Source: an uncultured Bacilli bacterium | GTDB taxonomy: Bacteria > Bacillota_I > Bacilli_A > RF39 > UBA660 | Length of the DNA: 64,000 bases | Assembly (NCBI GenBank): GCA_934095845.1 | Contig: CAKOKS010000006.1 | Location: 258-64,257, forward strand | Reading direction: 5' to 3' | In this document: piece by piece, positions 50,819 through 61,872 of the stretch | Layout: each line of letters starts with the position of its first letter | Numbering within the stretch: position 1 is the stretch's first letter | Made by a program: the position numbers and the translations under genes | The notes under the pieces: model-generated | Database searches by the model: none | What the model was told of the DNA's origin: nothing | Seen by the model: the letters and a program-made list of their open reading frames with translations, nothing else

Positions 50819-53608
50819 TTATATAAATTCTAAAATTTTTCTTCTTGCATCTAATTGTTGTAAGCATTCTTTGTTTTTAGTTAATGTTTTGAGATTACTT
50901 TTAGTTGATTTCTTTAAGCCTTTATTTCTATTATATTCTCCTAACAATTTAAATACTATTTTAATATCTTTAACATTTATTTTATTAATTTTTGATAAAT
51001 ATTTATTAATAAATACATCATTATTAGTATTTAATACTGATTCAATTATATCAACTCTTTGAGGCAAATCATTAAATAATATTAGTCTGCTTTCATCAAG
51101 TTTGCTCATATTCACATTTTTGTATAAATACTGTTTCATATTATTCCCAACTTTGCATTTCCAATTTTTTCGATATTCGTATTCACTGACATATCTTTCT
51201 GCTAAGTTATCAAATTTATCATCCTCTATTTCATAAAAGTTTTCATTAAGTCTTGTGGATATAACATAATATTGATAATAACCATTTTTATAAAATTGTT
51301 CACGAATATTTTTAGAAAAACCAAAAACAGTATTATCTCGTGAATAATCATCTAATAATTTCATACTATTGGTATATATTTTACCACATTTATCTAGATA
51401 ATTCTTATATGAAACAATATTAGTTTTTAAATCAGTTTTTTTCAGATTTCCTAAATAATAATCATCAAATTTTTGACAATAATAATTTATATAATTTAAA
51501 AACTTGTTATAATTATTAACATTATCTAATTCCAATTTTGTTTTAGATATTTCTAATATTTTTAAATACTCACTATCTCTAAAATCATATTCATTTAATC
51601 TTATTGAATAGAAAAAATTATTATACATTTCATTTGTAATATTGTTGTTTTTTGACAAAGATATTAATAAATCAATAATTGATTGTTTACTTGTTTTTTG
51701 TTTTTTTAATACATTTATATAATTGTTTAAACAATCCTCGTCAATCATTTCAAAATTGGTAAGTTTTATTATTGTTTGGAAACTATTTATATAGCTAATT
51801 TCTTCGCCACTTATTAAATGATTTTCTCCCATAAAAATATCGGAAATGATTGCAGATTCATTACCTAATTCTTTAACTATTTTTTTTCTTAAAGTTAAAA
51901 TTTTTTCCTTATCTAATTCTTTTATTTTTGATAAATGATACTTAAAATATTCATTTAATATAGTTTTGTATTCATTTTTATTTAATTTTTTTAAATTTTC
52001 AATTAAATTATGAAATTGATCAAAATTGGATAACAAATCAAAATTTTTTTCTAATGTATTACAAAAGGCTTCATATTCTTTGTTATAAGCAATAATAAGT
52101 AACTTAGGATACTTAAAAGTAATTTTAGGGAGAAAAGCGTAATTGGCTCTTTTAGACAAAATATCATATATTTCTATTTCCTTTAATTTTTTTAATGATA
52201 TATTTAAGTTTTTTGAGTCTTCATCATAAAAAATTGCGTTATATAACTCATATTCATATATATTGTATGATTCCTTATTTTTAGGAAATTTATAAAAATA
52301 ATAGTTATAATCAACTGATATATATTTAGAATCTAATCCCTCTAATAAAACATTGTTTTCTTTATCATCAATTCCTAACTCTTTAAAATTTCTATTGCTA
52401 TTTGCATAGTTTATTAATATTAGATTTATTAGATTTTCATTTATTAATTTTTCATATAGTTTATTATATTCATCCTCTAAATATGATATAAACAGGCATT
52501 TATCAAAATTTGCTTTAATTCCAGATTCATTAACTGATAAGTATAGAGAAATAGCAAAATTATATCTATGCTTTATATCTCTTATTTTAATACGTTCTCC
52601 CTTATATAAATATCTCCAATTTTTTAAATTCTTTTCATTTGGAATTTTTATTCCTTCTGGTATCTGATTTTGCTTTGCATTAATTAATGACCAAATTATA
52701 GAGTCATAATCATGAATATTTATTTGGTTTAAATTTACTATAAAATCAAATATTTTTTCATATATATTCTTTATTTGATTTATATTATTATCCTCATTAT
52801 CCCTATTATTTAATTCATTTAACTGATTTGAAGACTTTAATGAAACTATAAAAATAACTTTTTGTTTTGGAATAGGTTCTTTATAAAATTTATAAAATTC
52901 TTTCAAATATTCTAAAATTGTATCTGAATTATCATATCTATCTAATTCCTCTAAACAAATTATTAAATCACCAGCGTTTTTATTTTTTAAATAGTATTCA
53001 CCTATTATTTCATTATATACATCTTTAGTATCATTTTCATCTATTATTCTAAAATTGTCTTCAGCTTTTTTATAAGCGATAACTGGTTTATAATAAATTA
53101 CACATAATACAGTTAAAATAGCTATTAAAGAGTACCCAATAAGACTTAATTCTGATATAAAAATAGTAATAAATCCTAATTTTTCTAATATGCATAATAT
53201 GTAGTAAAAAAATAATATTAAAGCAAATATTGAATTATTATATTTAAATTTGATATCAAATATATTATAATTTTTATCAATTTTCTTTTTATAATAATTC
53301 TTGTTTCCTATATCGAGTTTATCAATTAGTTGGTGCAAAAATATTCTATGTATATCTATTTTATTGTCTTCATTGCTACTATAACAATTCCATAAATTAA
53401 TCTTTATTAGATTATTATTTTTTGATTTTTGTTTTGCATCTAACATATTTATCAAAGTACTTTTACCAGAACCATAATCAGCAATCAGGCCAATAAACTT
53501 TGCACCATTACTTATTGCACTTTCTAATGAATATAAATAAGAGTCAAATCCTATCCAATCTTCTTTTGCTACACCTTCAATAAGAAAATAATTTTTGTTT
53601 TCCTCCAT
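50819..53608 (-). CDS. KAP-family P-loop NTPase (929 aa).
   Basis: Walker A GLIADYGSGKSTLINML, followed by two TM helices inserted after the P-loop (IFALILFFYYILCILEKLGFITIF...LIGYSLIAILTVLCVIYY), as is typical of KAP NTPases. Walker B-like LIICLEELDR. Confidence 0.7.
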   Translation of the reverse strand: MEENKNYFLIEGVAKEDWIGFDSYLYSLESAISNGAKFIGLIADYGSGKSTLINMLDAKQKSKNNNLIKINLWNCYSSNEDNKIDIHRIFLHQLIDKLDIGNKNYYKKKIDKNYNIFDIKFKYNNSIFALILFFYYILCILEKLGFITIFISELSLIGYSLIAILTVLCVIYYKPVIAYKKAEDNFRIIDENDTKDVYNEIIGEYYLKNKNAGDLIICLEELDRYDNSDTILEYLKEFYKFYKEPIPKQKVIFIVSLKSSNQLNELNNRDNEDNNINQIKNIYEKIFDFIVNLNQINIHDYDSIIWSLINAKQNQIPEGIKIPNEKNLKNWRYLYKGERIKIRDIKHRYNFAISLYLSVNESGIKANFDKCLFISYLEDEYNKLYEKLINENLINLILINYANSNRNFKELGIDDKENNVLLEGLDSKYISVDYNYYFYKFPKNKESYNIYEYELYNAIFYDEDSKNLNISLKKLKEIEIYDILSKRANYAFLPKITFKYPKLLIIAYNKEYEAFCNTLEKNFDLLSNFDQFHNLIENLKKLNKNEYKTILNEYFKYHLSKIKELDKEKILTLRKKIVKELGNESAIISDIFMGENHLISGEEISYINSFQTIIKLTNFEMIDEDCLNNYINVLKKQKTSKQSIIDLLISLSKNNNITNEMYNNFFYSIRLNEYDFRDSEYLKILEISKTKLELDNVNNYNKFLNYINYYCQKFDDYYLGNLKKTDLKTNIVSYKNYLDKCGKIYTNSMKLLDDYSRDNTVFGFSKNIREQFYKNGYYQYYVISTRLNENFYEIEDDKFDNLAERYVSEYEYRKNWKCKVGNNMKQYLYKNVNMSKLDESRLILFNDLPQRVDIIESVLNTNNDVFINKYLSKINKINVKDIKIVFKLLGEYNRNKGLKKSTKSNLKTLTKNKECLQQLDARRKILEFI

Positions 53609-53689
53609 CTACTACCTCCTACTAAAAAAGGGCATAGTATTCCTTATATTTAATAAGTCTTTACTAGCCCTTATTCAAAATTATTTTTA

Positions 53690-54343
53690 TTAAAATGGTA
53701 AATCGTCATCTTCAAACAAATTTTTTGGCATTTTTTTTACAAGTCTTTTAGCTTCTTCCTCTGTAGCAGTCATAACTCTGTTAATAACTGGTTGACATTC
53801 TTCCATGATTTGTTGTGTTTCTTCAGAAGTAAATCCTCTTCCTTCATAATTTCTTAAAATTATTTGACACATACTATTTCTCATAGCAATTGAGTTATCA
53901 TAGAATTCTTTACCAGTTTCATCCATAATACTTTGTTTATATCTTTGAATTCTTTTTTCTAATTCATTAGTTTCTGATTCAGTATTTTCTCTAACTGATT
54001 CAGCATATTGCGTAATTATATGAGATACACCACATGACATTGCTCCAAATAACCCAATAGTTTCAAATTCTCCATCATAACCTTTAGCATCTCTTTTACC
54101 ATGAAATACAAATGGTGCACTAATATTAATTGGTGTAAATTTAAATAATTCTATTACTTTTTCAGGATGGTAAACTCCAAAAATAAATCTGTCTTCTGTA
54201 TATGAACTATTTGGATCTACTACTATTCCTTCAAACCATCCATCTTCATCTAATAATATTTTTCCTTCCCACATATCATTATCATTAAATTCAAAACTGC
54301 CTGACATATTCCAATAACCTTTAATATCCATTAATTTTGTCAT
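53690..54343 (-). CDS. Hypothetical protein (217 aa) ending in an SSB-like acidic tip ...FEDDDLPF.
   Basis: The C-terminal DDDLPF matches the canonical SSB C-terminal tip. The N-terminal region does not look like an OB-fold SSB. Confidence 0.55.
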   Translation of the reverse strand: MTKLMDIKGYWNMSGSFEFNDNDMWEGKILLDEDGWFEGIVVDPNSSYTEDRFIFGVYHPEKVIELFKFTPINISAPFVFHGKRDAKGYDGEFETIGLFGAMSCGVSHIITQYAESVRENTESETNELEKRIQRYKQSIMDETGKEFYDNSIAMRNSMCQIILRNYEGRGFTSEETQQIMEECQPVINRVMTATEEEAKRLVKKMPKNLFEDDDLPF

Positions 54344-54423
54344 TTTTCAAAGCCTCCCTTTGTTAATTGTATATTATAGCATATAAATTCTATTTTTTTA
54401 AAAAAACTTACAATTTTTTTATT

Positions 54424-55770
54424 TTATCTTTCGTAATCACCTTTTTCTTTACTTAAATCTAAATCTTTAATATCATTATCATCTAATACATTATTTTCAT
54501 ACATATCATTAACTACAACAATATATTTATCATCTTTATCATACCAACTATGAAGTTTATCGTGTAAAAAAGATATTAATTTACTAATTTTATCTTTCCA
54601 ATAATCTAGTGTATTTTTTAAATCACTTATTTTAGATTTTAAAAATGATATTTCATTATCCTTTTCTTTAATCGTATCATTTAAAGTTTTAACTCTTAAA
54701 TTAAGTGCTTCGTTATTTTCAGTAAGAGTTTTAATTTTATTATTCTTATCTTTTAATTGTTCGTGAGCATTAACTAATGTATTTGATAGAGTTTGTATTT
54801 TATCATATTCTATATTAGTGCTATCTACTTGTTCAATAAAGTTGGTAAAAGAATCTTTATCTTCTTTTGATAAAATATAATTATCCTTATTTAATTTAGA
54901 TATTTTTAATTTATCAATTTTATCTTTTATATCTTTAGAGTTTTGTTTTAACTCTGAAGATTTTTTATTTGCTTGTTTTAAATTTTCGGTATTCTTTTCA
55001 ATTTGTTTTTTTATTTCAATATAGTTGTCCATATCAGATACATAAATATCTCTATTTCTACCTTTTTGTTTTTGCTTTAAAGTAGATTCTAAACTATATA
55101 TTTGATTAAATTCTTCAATACATAAGGTTCTCATTTTATCTTGTAATCTAATTAAAGATTCTTTGGTAAATACATCTGATTTACCAACTTGTTTTTCCAT
55201 ACCATTTTTATTTTTATATTTTATTGGAACACCAACAATATGCAAATGTGGACTTGTTTCATCATAATGAATAATAGCACTTGCTACTTTAAAATTAGGA
55301 ACAAGTAATTCTAAATCATCAACTCGTTTTTTATAAACTTCGGACATTTTCTTTCTGAAATTTTCATCTTTTGTATCCCAATATTCTTTATCTCCAAGTT
55401 CGAGAATTATTTCACAAGCAAGATCTTTCTTTTCATTATTAGATACATTATCAAAGTAATTATCTATCATTCTACTATGTCTAGATTGTTTAGAATTGTA
55501 TTCAAGTCTTGCTTTTTCAAATTCACTTAAATATAATTCTTTTACATCATCAAGTGGAGAAGAAGTACCTCTTACTATTTCTATTAGTTCTTGATTATCA
55601 TCATATTTTCTATAATTATGTTTATCTACTTTTGATAATTGTCTTACATTTTGAATAGCATTATTTGGTAAAGATGTTGTTCCACTTAAATTATTTTTAC
55701 CATTTTGTTTAGATATATTTTTTCTATTTTTATCACTACCTAAATGTAATGAATAAGCAAGTTCTGACAT
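54424..55770 (-). CDS. MobV-family relaxase.
   Basis: IIHYDETSPHLHIVGVPI (HxDE..PHxH) and a long coiled-coil C-terminus. Confidence 0.75.
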   Translation of the reverse strand: MSELAYSLHLGSDKNRKNISKQNGKNNLSGTTSLPNNAIQNVRQLSKVDKHNYRKYDDNQELIEIVRGTSSPLDDVKELYLSEFEKARLEYNSKQSRHSRMIDNYFDNVSNNEKKDLACEIILELGDKEYWDTKDENFRKKMSEVYKKRVDDLELLVPNFKVASAIIHYDETSPHLHIVGVPIKYKNKNGMEKQVGKSDVFTKESLIRLQDKMRTLCIEEFNQIYSLESTLKQKQKGRNRDIYVSDMDNYIEIKKQIEKNTENLKQANKKSSELKQNSKDIKDKIDKLKISKLNKDNYILSKEDKDSFTNFIEQVDSTNIEYDKIQTLSNTLVNAHEQLKDKNNKIKTLTENNEALNLRVKTLNDTIKEKDNEISFLKSKISDLKNTLDYWKDKISKLISFLHDKLHSWYDKDDKYIVVVNDMYENNVLDDNDIKDLDLSKEKGDYER

Positions 55771-55879
55771 TGATTTCCTCCTTTCTAGAAGTGACCACTT
55801 GAGTGGCCATTTTGTTCATCCAAAATTTCTAACTAACCCCCTAGGAATTTTGTACGTTCCATACAAAATATCCAGTGGG

Positions 55880-55898
55880 CTAAGGTTTAACACCTTAG
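55880..55898 (-). promoter_or_regulatory. Candidate oriT inverted repeat/nick region of IME-B.
   Basis: The minus strand reads CTAAGGTGTTAAACCTTAG (7 bp arms), related to the IME-A motif TTAGGTGTTATTACTTTAG. It lies in an unusually GC-rich intergenic stretch upstream of the relaxase. Confidence 0.35.
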
Positions 55899-56022
55899 GA
55901 TCCGTTTACTTTATTTCGTAATAACTATAAACTTCGTAAATAGTTAAAACTACATATAGTATTAATTTTTAAATTGCTATCGCCACTTTCATTTACTTCG
56001 TAAGCAAAACGTGCCACGCATT

Positions 56023-57879
<1,857 letters not shown>

Positions 57880-58094
57880 TTAACTCCTTTTCCTACAAAA
57901 AAGGGAGTCAAAAATACTAGTTCAAACTAATACCTTTGACTCCACTTAATTTCATATTATATTTTTTATTAATTGTGCTTTTGACCATAGTGTACCTTCT
58001 TTTTAATAAAAGACGGATACTGCTTGTCATTTATTGGTTTTATATAATATACTTAAAAGTTCATTTTGTCAATTCCCTGATTAGAGTATAGATA

Positions 58095-58376
58095 TTAGTT
58101 ATGTTTTAAATAGTTTTCTAATTCTGATAATTTAATCTTGTTATTTAAGTTTTCAATAAATATATCATTAGAATAATTAAAAGCTAGAAAGATTATATCA
58201 TTAATTATAATTCTATGTGGCTCTAGATATGTAAGATTAGTTTTATCTATTGTTCTTAAATTACCATTAATAATAACTGGTTTAACTCTACAAAACTCAC
58301 AAATAAATTCTAATCTCTTTCTTAATGATTCTTCCATTCTAACTTCCTGCTTAATAACATTTACCATTTTAATCAA
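58095..58376 (-). CDS. Small conserved IME protein (93 aa), paralog of 11591-11869.
   Basis: Aligned motifs include C.F / I.G / L.PH.I.I / IF..N...KIKL. Confidence 0.5.
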   Translation of the reverse strand: MIKMVNVIKQEVRMEESLRKRLEFICEFCRVKPVIINGNLRTIDKTNLTYLEPHRIIINDIIFLAFNYSNDIFIENLNNKIKLSELENYLKHN

Positions 58377-58449
58377 TCCTTTCTTTGAAAGACTTTTTTC
58401 TAAACAAGAAAAAAATCAATCCTAATTTAGAATTGATTGTCTATTTATT

Positions 58450-58494
58450 CTCGAAACTTATAAATAAGTTCGAGCGGATTTCCCTATGGTGTCC
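58450..58494 (-). repeat. att-like site (tRNA-proximal junction of IME-B).
   Basis: Hairpin CTCGAAACTTA..TAAGTTCGAG, spacer CGGATTTCCCTA, then TGGTGTCC, which is the 3' end of tRNA-Arg. Confidence 0.45.
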
Positions 58495-58561
58495 CAGATG
58501 AGAATCGAACTCATATCTAAGCTTTAGGAGAGCCTTGTACTATCCATTGTACTACCAGGAC
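58487..58561 (-). tRNA. tRNA-Arg (anticodon CCU).
   Basis: Hand fold: acceptor GTCCTGG/CTGGGAC, anticodon arm AGGCT-CTCCTAA-AGCTT, T-arm ATGAG-TTCGATT-CTCAT, encoded CCA. Confidence 0.8.
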
Positions 58562-58624
58562 ATATAGAAATTATATCATAAAAATTAAACTATTAATATT
58601 TATTTATAAAAAAAAACAATGGTT

Positions 58625-59146
58625 CTACTTTCTTCCCATTGTTAATATATTAAATGATAAAATTAAGAATAAACTTAATGCTGTAGTAACTTTTCCAGTT
58701 ACTTTCGTATAATTAAATTTATAACTTGCATATTCATATATTGCAACTAACTTATCTACAACTGTTAATACCCAAGATTCTTTATATTTTGGTAAAGTCA
58801 TACATAAAGGAAACATATGAGCTGCAATTGCATTTTGTTCTTTTTCATTAAGTTCAAATTCTCCTAATGCATTTGTAAGTGCTATATCAGGATGAACTAC
58901 CCCTTGAATAAGACCATGATTACTTCCAAATTCTTCATTAGTAAAGAAATCATGTAATATTGCTGCTCTAGTTGCAGATATATAATCCACATTTAATTTT
59001 TTCGATAATTTATATACATGTCTAGCTACACGCATAGAATGCTCATAACGAGTTATTCCATGATGAGATTCACCTTTTAATTTAAGGTATTTTTTATTTG
59101 TAATAATCTCTTTAGCTATATCATCAAAACTTAATTCAGTTTTCAT
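58625..59146 (-). CDS. HD-domain phosphohydrolase with a C-terminal TM segment.
   Basis: RYEHSMRVARHV...AAILHDF (the H...HD motif). Confidence 0.7.
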   Translation of the reverse strand: MKTELSFDDIAKEIITNKKYLKLKGESHHGITRYEHSMRVARHVYKLSKKLNVDYISATRAAILHDFFTNEEFGSNHGLIQGVVHPDIALTNALGEFELNEKEQNAIAAHMFPLCMTLPKYKESWVLTVVDKLVAIYEYASYKFNYTKVTGKVTTALSLFLILSFNILTMGRK

Positions 59147-59268
59147 TTTATCACTCCATTATGATAATTATAACATGTAAGTAATTACATATTTAATAAT
59201 TATCTAAGCTTTACAAAGGTTTTTACAAAACCTTTGTAATTATAGCAAAAATATCAATATTTTTCAAA

Positions 59269-60027
59269 TTAGTACTTTAAATCATATGTCTTATTATCAA
59301 ATACTAGTGAATCTCCTACTTTTTTAAATACTTTATCTCCAAGAGTAATTGATTCTTTATCTTCTAAATAAGCATAAGAATTTATTAAGTGATTAGTATC
59401 CACCGTATAGATAGATTCTAATCCAAGAGTTCCATTAACTAAAACCATTTCACTTATCTCTTCACTTTTATATTCATAATATTTAAATTCACTGTCATCT
59501 AAATTATATGTTTGAGAGCCTTCAATACCAGTTTCAGTTATTTTATATAATTCATTTTCATTATTTAAATTAATATTAATGCTTTCACCCTCTATATTAT
59601 ATGTTCCATAATTTGAACTTATTAATTCGTTATTACTAATATTAAGTTTTATTACAATTCCATATGATTTAGGAAGAATATATAATATACTATTTTCATT
59701 TTTAAATTTTTTCACTATATCTTTATTTAAATAACTAAGTACAACATTTTCTTTTGTTGTAACAATTGTCGTAGTGCTTGTTAATTGGTCCATTTTATTT
59801 TTTATTTTAAATACACCATAATAAGTTAAATATACTGCAAGAGCTAAACAGATAATAACAACTATAGCAATCAGAAAATAATTTTTCTTTTTTACTTTTA
59901 TTTTGTTATTAACTGTTTTTACTTGTTCTTCATTAATATTATTATTTGCATCTATTGTTGCTTTTACAATATTTTCTCTTTCACGATTAATAAAACCATT
60001 GTTAATATTGTTATTATTATTCTCCAT
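59269..60027 (-). CDS. Membrane-anchored hypothetical protein (252 aa).
   Basis: ORF with a single TM segment. Overlaps the upstream gene by 11 nt. Confidence 0.5.
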   Translation of the reverse strand: MENNNNNINNGFINRERENIVKATIDANNNINEEQVKTVNNKIKVKKKNYFLIAIVVIICLALAVYLTYYGVFKIKNKMDQLTSTTTIVTTKENVVLSYLNKDIVKKFKNENSILYILPKSYGIVIKLNISNNELISSNYGTYNIEGESININLNNENELYKITETGIEGSQTYNLDDSEFKYYEYKSEEISEMVLVNGTLGLESIYTVDTNHLINSYAYLEDKESITLGDKVFKKVGDSLVFDNKTYDLKY

Positions 60028-61435
60028 TTAAATCACTCTTTACTTCTTGATGAGTATTAATTACTTGTCTATTTACACCATTTGTATTTATTGTTTTAAT
60101 TACTTTTACTTGAGGATTTGGAGCACTAGTCATCATTGGCTCTGGAGTATTTACAGTATTAACGTGAGCAGATACAACTCTAGTAGGTATAACTACTCTC
60201 TTTCCAACACCAACACTATTTTCTCCATTAATTGAAGATACTACTTTATTCTCTTCTCTCTTTTCTTCCATTTTGGCAGTAGCCATTTCTTTTACTACTT
60301 CATCTTTTACTTTGTTTTTCTTTTTATAAGTATAGAAAATCATTCCACCAAGTCCAAGAATAGATCCAATAAATCCAATTAAGAAAATCATACTTGAATA
60401 TGTTCTTTTAACTGTTATCGTATATTTAGTTTCAGAAATATCTCCATAAGTAGATCTTACTATAATAGTATTTTTTCCACTTGCAAGTACTTGTAATCCA
60501 GCATTTTTAATAGTTACATCGTCACTTTTTCCTTCAGCCATTATATATATTTCTTTTACATTATATGGAACTGTTATTGTGTATTCATAAGTTTCAGGAT
60601 TAAAAGTAAAGTTATAATCAACTACTTTTAAAAGAGATAGTTTAGTATCAACTTGTTTTTTACCATCTGGTTTAGTAATTATTACATTTATGGTAGCAGT
60701 TTCGTCAAATTCATTTTTTAAAACTAGATCTACTGTATTTTTTCCATCAGCAAGACTACGTTTACCTAAACCAATTATAGTAATACCTTCTCCTGCGGTT
60801 GCATTTATATTAACTTCGGTAGTATCTTCATTAACTGTAACATAATATATATCATTTTCATAAGTTACTTTAAAATCATCTACTGTTAAGCTTGTTAGTT
60901 TTAAAGGAGCAACATATCTAGTCGTTGTAGTTGTAACATTCGAAGTTACTACTCTTTGATTTGTTGTAGTTGTTTTTTTAGTTGTTGTAGTTGTTGTAGC
61001 TTTTGCTGTAGCATTAAATGTACCACTAGCATTATTGATTCCACTTATATTTTCAAAGTTTTCATCACTTGCTTCTATTCCAGAAATAGTTAAGCTTCCA
61101 CTTCCAACGGCATTAGTTTTAATATTAACTGTTCCAATTGAGAAAGTACCACTTTTTTTAGAATCTGTATAAAGGTCAATTACACCATTACTACCTTCAC
61201 CTAGAAAACCACTTCCTGTTTGAAAGGATTCAAATGATCCAATACCACTTACACTTATTCTTCCATGGAAACTTGTTACTTCAGATCCAGAAGCATTACC
61301 TGTAATCGTACATTTTGCTGTTTCACCAACGGTAACTGTATTACATTTTACACTTACTTTAACTGAACCTGCATTTACTTTATAAAATGGTATAACCATT
61401 AGAAGCACAAATGCAATCAAATATTTTCCTTTCAT
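60017..61435 (-). CDS. Membrane-anchored surface protein: cohesin-like N-terminal domain, Thr-rich linker, two cadherin-like beta-sandwich domains, and a TM anchor.
   Basis: GVIDLYTDSKKSGTFSIGTVNIKTNAVGSGSLTISG; two L.SL.V....F.P....Y...V......I.A........I......L..G.N.I...V....... modules; poly-T linker ATTTTTTKKTTTT. Confidence 0.6.
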   Translation of the reverse strand: MKGKYLIAFVLLMVIPFYKVNAGSVKVSVKCNTVTVGETAKCTITGNASGSEVTSFHGRISVSGIGSFESFQTGSGFLGEGSNGVIDLYTDSKKSGTFSIGTVNIKTNAVGSGSLTISGIEASDENFENISGINNASGTFNATAKATTTTTTKKTTTTNQRVVTSNVTTTTTRYVAPLKLTSLTVDDFKVTYENDIYYVTVNEDTTEVNINATAGEGITIIGLGKRSLADGKNTVDLVLKNEFDETATINVIITKPDGKKQVDTKLSLLKVVDYNFTFNPETYEYTITVPYNVKEIYIMAEGKSDDVTIKNAGLQVLASGKNTIIVRSTYGDISETKYTITVKRTYSSMIFLIGFIGSILGLGGMIFYTYKKKNKVKDEVVKEMATAKMEEKREENKVVSSINGENSVGVGKRVVIPTRVVSAHVNTVNTPEPMMTSAPNPQVKVIKTINTNGVNRQVINTHQEVKSDLNGE

Positions 61436-61872
61436 TTTTTATTCCTCCTTTTCAAAACTATTAATATGCTTAATATTAATACAACAATTATAATTATTAC
61501 TATATAATACTTATTATTATTTCTTTTATCATAGATGACAACTTCTTTAAAAGAATCATCTCCATAACTTAAATATTCCTCTTTTATTTTACCTTTAATT
61601 GTTATTGTACCAATTTCTACTTTACCACTTCTTAAATCATCTGTATAAAGAAGTATTGAACCATTTTCATAATCACCTAACCAGTTGTTAGTAGCAACAA
61701 AGTTAGAAACTTTTCCTTTAATATGATATTCAATTGCACTCATATTAAAGTTTGATTCTGCATACATTGTACAATTTTTTTCATTCTTGTTTTCCTGACA
61801 GTCATAAGTTATGCCTTCAGCAAAAACAAAAGTTGGAAAAAGTGATATTAATAATAGTAGTAACTTTTTCAT
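61432..61872 (-). CDS. Small membrane-anchored protein with a single cohesin-like domain.
   Basis: GSILLYTDDLRSGKVEIGTITIKG is homologous to the N-terminal domain of 60017-61435. It has a signal peptide and a C-terminal TM segment. Confidence 0.5.
   Translation of the reverse strand: MKKLLLLLISLFPTFVFAEGITYDCQENKNEKNCTMYAESNFNMSAIEYHIKGKVSNFVATNNWLGDYENGSILLYTDDLRSGKVEIGTITIKGKIKEEYLSYGDDSFKEVVIYDKRNNNKYYIVIIIIVVLILSILIVLKRRNKK

Noticed and set aside
60930-61000. Short tandem ACAACAACT-type repeats, and the search for CRISPR arrays in general.
   Set aside because: This is the coding sequence of a poly-Thr linker (ATTTTTTKKTTTT). I saw no repeat-spacer array and no cas genes anywhere in the window.
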